In this document: positions 58,750 through 64,000 of the stretch, one piece after another | How the letters are laid out: the number at the start of each line of letters is the position of its first letter | Position numbering within the stretch: position 1 is the first letter of the stretch | Assembly: GCA_000165425.1 (NCBI GenBank) | Contig: CT868652.1 | Coordinates: 124,001 to 188,000, forward strand | Source of the DNA: Paramecium tetraurelia | Lineage: Eukaryota | DNA length: 64,000 bases | Reading direction: 5' to 3' | Translations under genes and position numbers: made by a program | Notes under the pieces: generated by a model | What the model was told of the DNA's origin: nothing | Databases searched by the model: none | The model's input: only the letters and a program-made list of their open reading frames with translations

Positions 58750-60621
58750 TCAAATACTCAAGGATGCTCCTTTTCCATTTAATTCTGCTGCTTCTTCTTA
58801 ACTGACATTTGATTGTTTGGCTTAAATCTAAGCATTTACTTGTGGACCCAATTAATTAATTATAAAGCTTAAACCCTTTTAATTAACTTCTGTAGAGTTC
58901 AAATTGACCGAAAGGCTAACCAAAATAGGCAAATTATGGAGGAACTAATATTATAATAGAAAATTAAATACTTTGCCTAGTTTACGAGCTCCTTATTCAG
59001 TAATTTTATTATAATGAACACTAATATTAACACTCTTTAGTGAAACCCATTTAGATGCAGAGAATTATTTATTTAAGTTTGCCAATGAGTTATCAGTCAA
59101 TTAATTTCTTCCGACATTAATTGTCAATTCAACAAGAGTTTCAGCGAAATTGGTTACGTTTTGGATTAATCCAGCAAATCCATCATCTTTAATAGCATTA
59201 CTTTATAAGGAGTATCCTGAGAAGTTAAGTGTAAGCTTCTTGACTCCTTTGTATGTTGACAAGGCATCTCCCAATTATTGAGCTGATTTATTATCAACTT
59301 GAGATTGACTAATAATATTCTGATTATAATCTACCTGAAGTTGAATAACACTCTTGTAACTTAACTTCCTCCAATAGATTTCACAGCTTTAGAAATGTGT
59401 TAGACTGCTGCATTAACATTCGATTATTCTGCCAATACATTTACTTCCTCTAAATTAGGTAATTTCACATTCTTAAATTCGTTAAAGAAGTCTTTTGCTG
59501 AATTTGCTTAGACCTATGATGAGAATTCAAAAGTCAACACCTTTAACTATTCTGCTTGTGATATTGCTATAATGATATTAGATTAAATTTTATACCTTAA
59601 GCAATATGTGACAATCCTTAGGCCTTTCCACTGACTCTCCAGTTAATTTATAAATTCAAAATGCCTGTTAACCTTGATATTGATTCTGCAATAGACTTTG
59701 ATTACTCTAGGGTAAAATCTCCAATATGGAGTATTATTCTTGTCTCTGGAGTAATCATTGTATTTAACAATAATGCAAATGCTTCAGCTGTCTCAATATT
59801 AAGACTCACGAAGTTTTGTTATTAAATAGAAGAGTCTTCTTAGATGATGTTTAACAATTGTTCTCCCAATTTCTTAATTTAGGAATTCCAAAACTTTAAA
59901 GCTAATTCAGTTTTGTCCTAAACAGCCTAATTTAAACTCTATTCCAAATTATCTCTGTAGAACTATTCTTTGGTTTTATTCCACACACACAATTCATTTG
60001 GGGCATTTCTCCAAGCTCTCACCTTTTTTGTTGTTGCAAACAGGTATTCTGGTAATTCTGGGGCTGCTCTCAATTCAGATATCTATTGATTCTTAATTCT
60101 ATATTACTTTATCTACTATTTCTTTTGGCTTTGGAATTGTAGCCTCCTATTCAGGATCACTTTTTAAAACTGTCTACAAGGAATCAAATGCTCTTTACAC
60201 GTTGTCACCTTCGCCTTAAGCACTTCCCACCAACTTAGACACAATATTATTGCAAGCATCCTCATAACCTTACTTAAGTTTTTAATTTAGTTATTTAAAA
60301 GAGCCAACTTGTTCTTACACTTAAGTCTCATAAGCTTATTTTTTCTTTTTGTAATTTTGAACAAGCTCCTATGATTCAGCATCTGGAACATAAGCTAAAG
60401 GAGACTTTTTAGTTAAATCCCTAATTTATTTTTATATGCCATTTTTACTATAAAAAGTCTGTAATAACAACTAGTTCAGTCTTTTCTCCAGTTTCATGTA
60501 GTTTTTGAGTTACATGTCTAGCAGTCAATAACTTGCTATTCAACACTTCCTTTGGCTCAGAAACAAGAACATAGGGTTGGTTATCAGTTGGGTTCAATAA
60601 TTGAGGGAATTCGAAATCCAT
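58750..60621 (-). CDS. Protein with C-terminal RNI-like leucine-rich repeats
   Basis: MDFEFPQLLNPT... with repeats such as VKKLTLNFSGYS..AIKDDGF, LVELTINVGRNQLTDNSL and VNISVHYNKITEQGA. Confidence 0.7.
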
Positions 60622-61498
60622 TAATTAAATATTGTCTCATCCCGCCTTGACTTAAATTCAATTATATTTTATATTCTAATTCATATTTATTTATCCAATG
60701 AAATTTAATATAAGTTATAATATATATATCAAAATAAAATTAATTGAAAATTTAATAAAATTTAACAACCTCTGAATACATTCAGATTAAATACATTTAA
60801 GTCAATTTCATACAAATTTATGTTGGTTCTTCTGAAAACTATTTCAAAAAAATCCAATAAAATTTATAATATCATTATTAAATCTTTTATTTTATAAATC
60901 CATCAGAAGATTTTGATAATATTGCTTTAAACAATATATCTAATTGTATAGTCTCTTTTAAGATTGAAACATATTGAAATATGACGGCTATTGTAAAATC
61001 AAATTCCTTTATTTCAAATCATTGTTATCATAATATTATTATTAAATATATAAGTTCAATAATTTCCATCTATTTCAACCTATTTTATCGAAAATTATCT
61101 AAAGCCTTTAAGATTACTCATCTGCTTTTTTGAATTGTATATAAAGATTTTTATAAGAATATATTCAATTCTATAAATGTTGTATCAATTAAAAATAATA
61201 TATTAAAGTTATAATTAAAGTCAACAATTTAAGATTAAAAAACAAAATTCTATTTTCAAGTCTATCTCTCTAATTTTTAGATACATAAAATAATAAAGAT
61301 TATATTTATTTTATGTATATTTGGATTTAATCAAATTAATAATTTCAATTCATGGATTTGTTTAAGTACTTATACCTAGTTTATCAATTAGCCCAAAGTG
61401 AGAATTTATGATTTAGAATTCTGAATTGACAAATTTGGCTAACGTTTTATGAAATTAGATTTGTTTAATTAGTATAATCATTTTATCAATAAAAATAA

Positions 61499-62881
61499 AT
61501 GTTTTAAAAGGAGCAAAGAAATGTTACGAATTCTGGGTATCAGAGTACTTCAAACGCATATGTTATGGCCATGAAGGCACTTCAAGAAAAAATAAAAGTA
61601 ATGGAAACATAAAGAAATGATTTATAGCCTTCTAATAAAATGAAGATTAAAGATGATGAAATTTTGATCTAGTAAATACAAGAATTGAGAAATTAAAATG
61701 AATCATTATCTATTTAACTATAAAGACAATAAAATGATAAAGAAAATATTAATAATTATATATTATAAATTGAAGCTTTGCAATAGGAGAGATTAATATA
61801 ATTGAAAGAATATCAAGATAGAATTCAAGAACTTATTCAAAAAGTAGAAGACGGTAAGAAGTAGAAATGTGAAATGTAGAATTAAATAGATTAATTGTAA
61901 AAGTAATTGGAATAGTATAAAATAAATGAAAGAGGATATATGCACAAATTGGATCAACAAAAACTAGATGAAAATTAAAAATAGATTGAATAAATATTGG
62001 ATTTAAAGCATAAAGTCGAATAAGGACAATAATATGCAAAAAAACTTGAAAAGAGATATGAGAGACTGTAAAATGAGAAAAATTAATTGGAATCTAACTA
62101 CATAGATTATAAGGAGAGATGCCCTGCGTTTAAATTGCAAGAATATGAAAAATAAATTTAGATGTATAGAAGTTAATTGGAAGAAAAAGAAAGGATATTT
62201 TTAAAAATGATGGAAGAAATATAGGATTAATGTTAAACAAAGGAAGATCAATTGACCAGAAGAATCTAAGAATTATTAAAAAAGAGTAATGAACAATAAT
62301 CTACAATAAATAAATTGACTACTGAATTAAAGGATTTAAATTTAAAGCATCAGTAATTGTAATTAAGATTGGAATATGAAGAAAAAAATAATAAATTTAA
62401 TCGTTAAAGGATGAAAAACGCATCCTCGTTTGAAGATTAAGATGTAGACATACCAAACAATATTCCAAGTTAATATTATATAAATTATCAGATTAAGAAA
62501 GGCGCAAAGTTAAATGGAGAACAATTCTAAAACTAATTCTCTAGTCCTCTATTTGAATAAAGTTTAGTCAAATCTAACAATGTACTAAAACAAGCAATAA
62601 AGGATTGCTTAGAAGATATGAAATAAACAAGTTTATTAAGGCCTGAATCGCATTTATATGGGGACTAAAGCTTATAATAATAATTTTCAAAAAACAAAAG
62701 AATATCACCTCCAATCTCGTCAAGAAATAATGAAATTGATAATTAGCTGAAATAATTGAATAATCGATATGAATAGTTATTAAGATAGGCTTAGAGAGAA
62801 TCAGATTTTAAGCTAAAAGCCTAAATTCGAAAAGAATTATTGGATATTGCCGAACAAATAAAAGAGTTAAATAGAAAATGA
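61499..62881 (+). CDS. Coiled-coil protein, Cep57-like architecture
   Basis: N-terminal SNAYVMAMKALQEKIKVMETQR, a long coiled coil and a C-terminal helical hairpin EIDNQLKQLNNRYEQLL...IRKELLDIAEQIKE. Confidence 0.55.
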
Positions 62882-62914
62882 TGAAATAATTAAGCTATTC
62901 ACTATTGATATAAA

Positions 62915-64000
62915 TCACATTGATAATAATTTTTACTTGTGCATCTCAGAGTTGAGAGAATGATAATTCATAATTTCTTCATTTGGGAACTTCTTTCTGC
63001 AGATTGGGCAAATATATAAAATCAATCTAGTTTGAGCCTCAACTTGGTTTATGATGGGTTTAGAAGGAGTAACCTTGACCTCTGGCTTTTTTGTTTATTA
63101 TAATTTTTCCCATTTCTTTAATTCTAACTCAGCCTTTTTTCTTATTTACGCCTCAGTTAATTGAGGCTGTGCTTTATTGATAACTTTGGGAGGGAGAGGA
63201 GAAGGCTATTCATCTTCTTTATCTGATTTGACCTCTTCGTCTACTTCTTCTACTTTTTATTACTTTTTTTATTGGGATTATTATTAACTTGGCTATTACT
63301 ATTATTAAGGTTTAGGGGCATGAATCTTAGGTGGAAGTTGTGTCATTAGATTCATTGGGGGGGTTGATAATGTAAGTTTTTACTCTTGTTTCAATATAAT
63401 CCTCTCTTGAGCAAGTTAAGCAGCTTGGTATGGGGCTTAAACTATTGGTTAGACAATTGAAACTTCTGGCATTTATATTGGTAATTAAGGAATAGGTTGG
63501 GTTTAAGGTGATTGATTATGTTATATAGGTGGAATTTAAGGGATTTAATGCATCGGCATAGGAGAAGGTATTGGTATTTGCATAGATATTGGCATTTAAA
63601 TTGGCAGGGGAATCTACATCTGAGTTGATTGTTGTTGTTGGATAATATCTTAGGGTTATTATGGTTGTTGTTATGTATTGACTTAAGATGAAATTGATGA
63701 GGGAATCTATGGTTGTAAAGGTCCTTATGGCTGCATCACAAATTAGTTATTTGGATAGAATCTAAATTTAGTCTTATAGTATACCCAAATGGTTTAGAAT
63801 GGTCTTCATATCGTGATGCTCTGTTGTTTCTGGAATATTAGATTATTAGTTAATCGCCATGAAGTCTGACTTCGTTTTAAGTAACATATCTATAAACATT
63901 CTCTGCGTCTTCAACACTAAAGAATTCTACAAAAGCAAAATCCTTTTATTCTTTCATTCTTGGATCCTTAGGTACTTTGTTTTTGACGAGTCTTATATCC
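62915..64000 (-). CDS. RBM5/RBM10-like RNA-binding protein (5' part outside the window)
   Basis: RRM DIRLVKNK...KDFAFVEFFSVEDA, a long P/Q/M-rich linker and a C-terminal zinc finger YICPICRKKFPNEEIMNYHSLNSEMHKQKL. Confidence 0.7.

Overview
AT-rich, gene-dense eukaryotic DNA. It reads cleanly only in the ciliate nuclear code (TAA/TAG = Gln, TGA the only stop) with tiny 20-35 nt GT..AG introns. It is almost certainly Paramecium macronuclear sequence; the species cannot be determined from the window. The supplied standard-code ORF track is therefore mostly fragments or antisense artefacts. Manual translation in code 6 supports about 30 protein genes: scramblase-like, bacterial-type 3-hydroxybutyrate dehydrogenase, a large PAS/TmcB-like membrane protein, GDT1/TMEM165, two Myb proteins, ABCC and ABCA transporters, AMP deaminase, a PRMT-fold protein, a C2H2 zinc-finger protein, FAM135-like, HSDL2-like, ankyrin protein, ANP32-like, an EGF+7TM protein, 14-3-3, two RING ligases, Sec14/CRAL-TRIO, MORN, PMCA, kinesin-9, an LRR protein, Cep57-like, RBM5/10-like and several hypotheticals. 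There are two assembly gaps. Most notable: (1) a PRMT homolog with all catalytic motifs substituted (candidate pseudo-enzyme), whose ATG lies 10 bp head-to-head from (2) a five-finger C2H2 protein with a duplicated His/Cys-rich, putatively metal-binding C-terminal module; and (3) a 14-3-3 gene with a 74-nt intron and a +1 frameshift. All coordinates and family calls come from reading by eye, without database searches.
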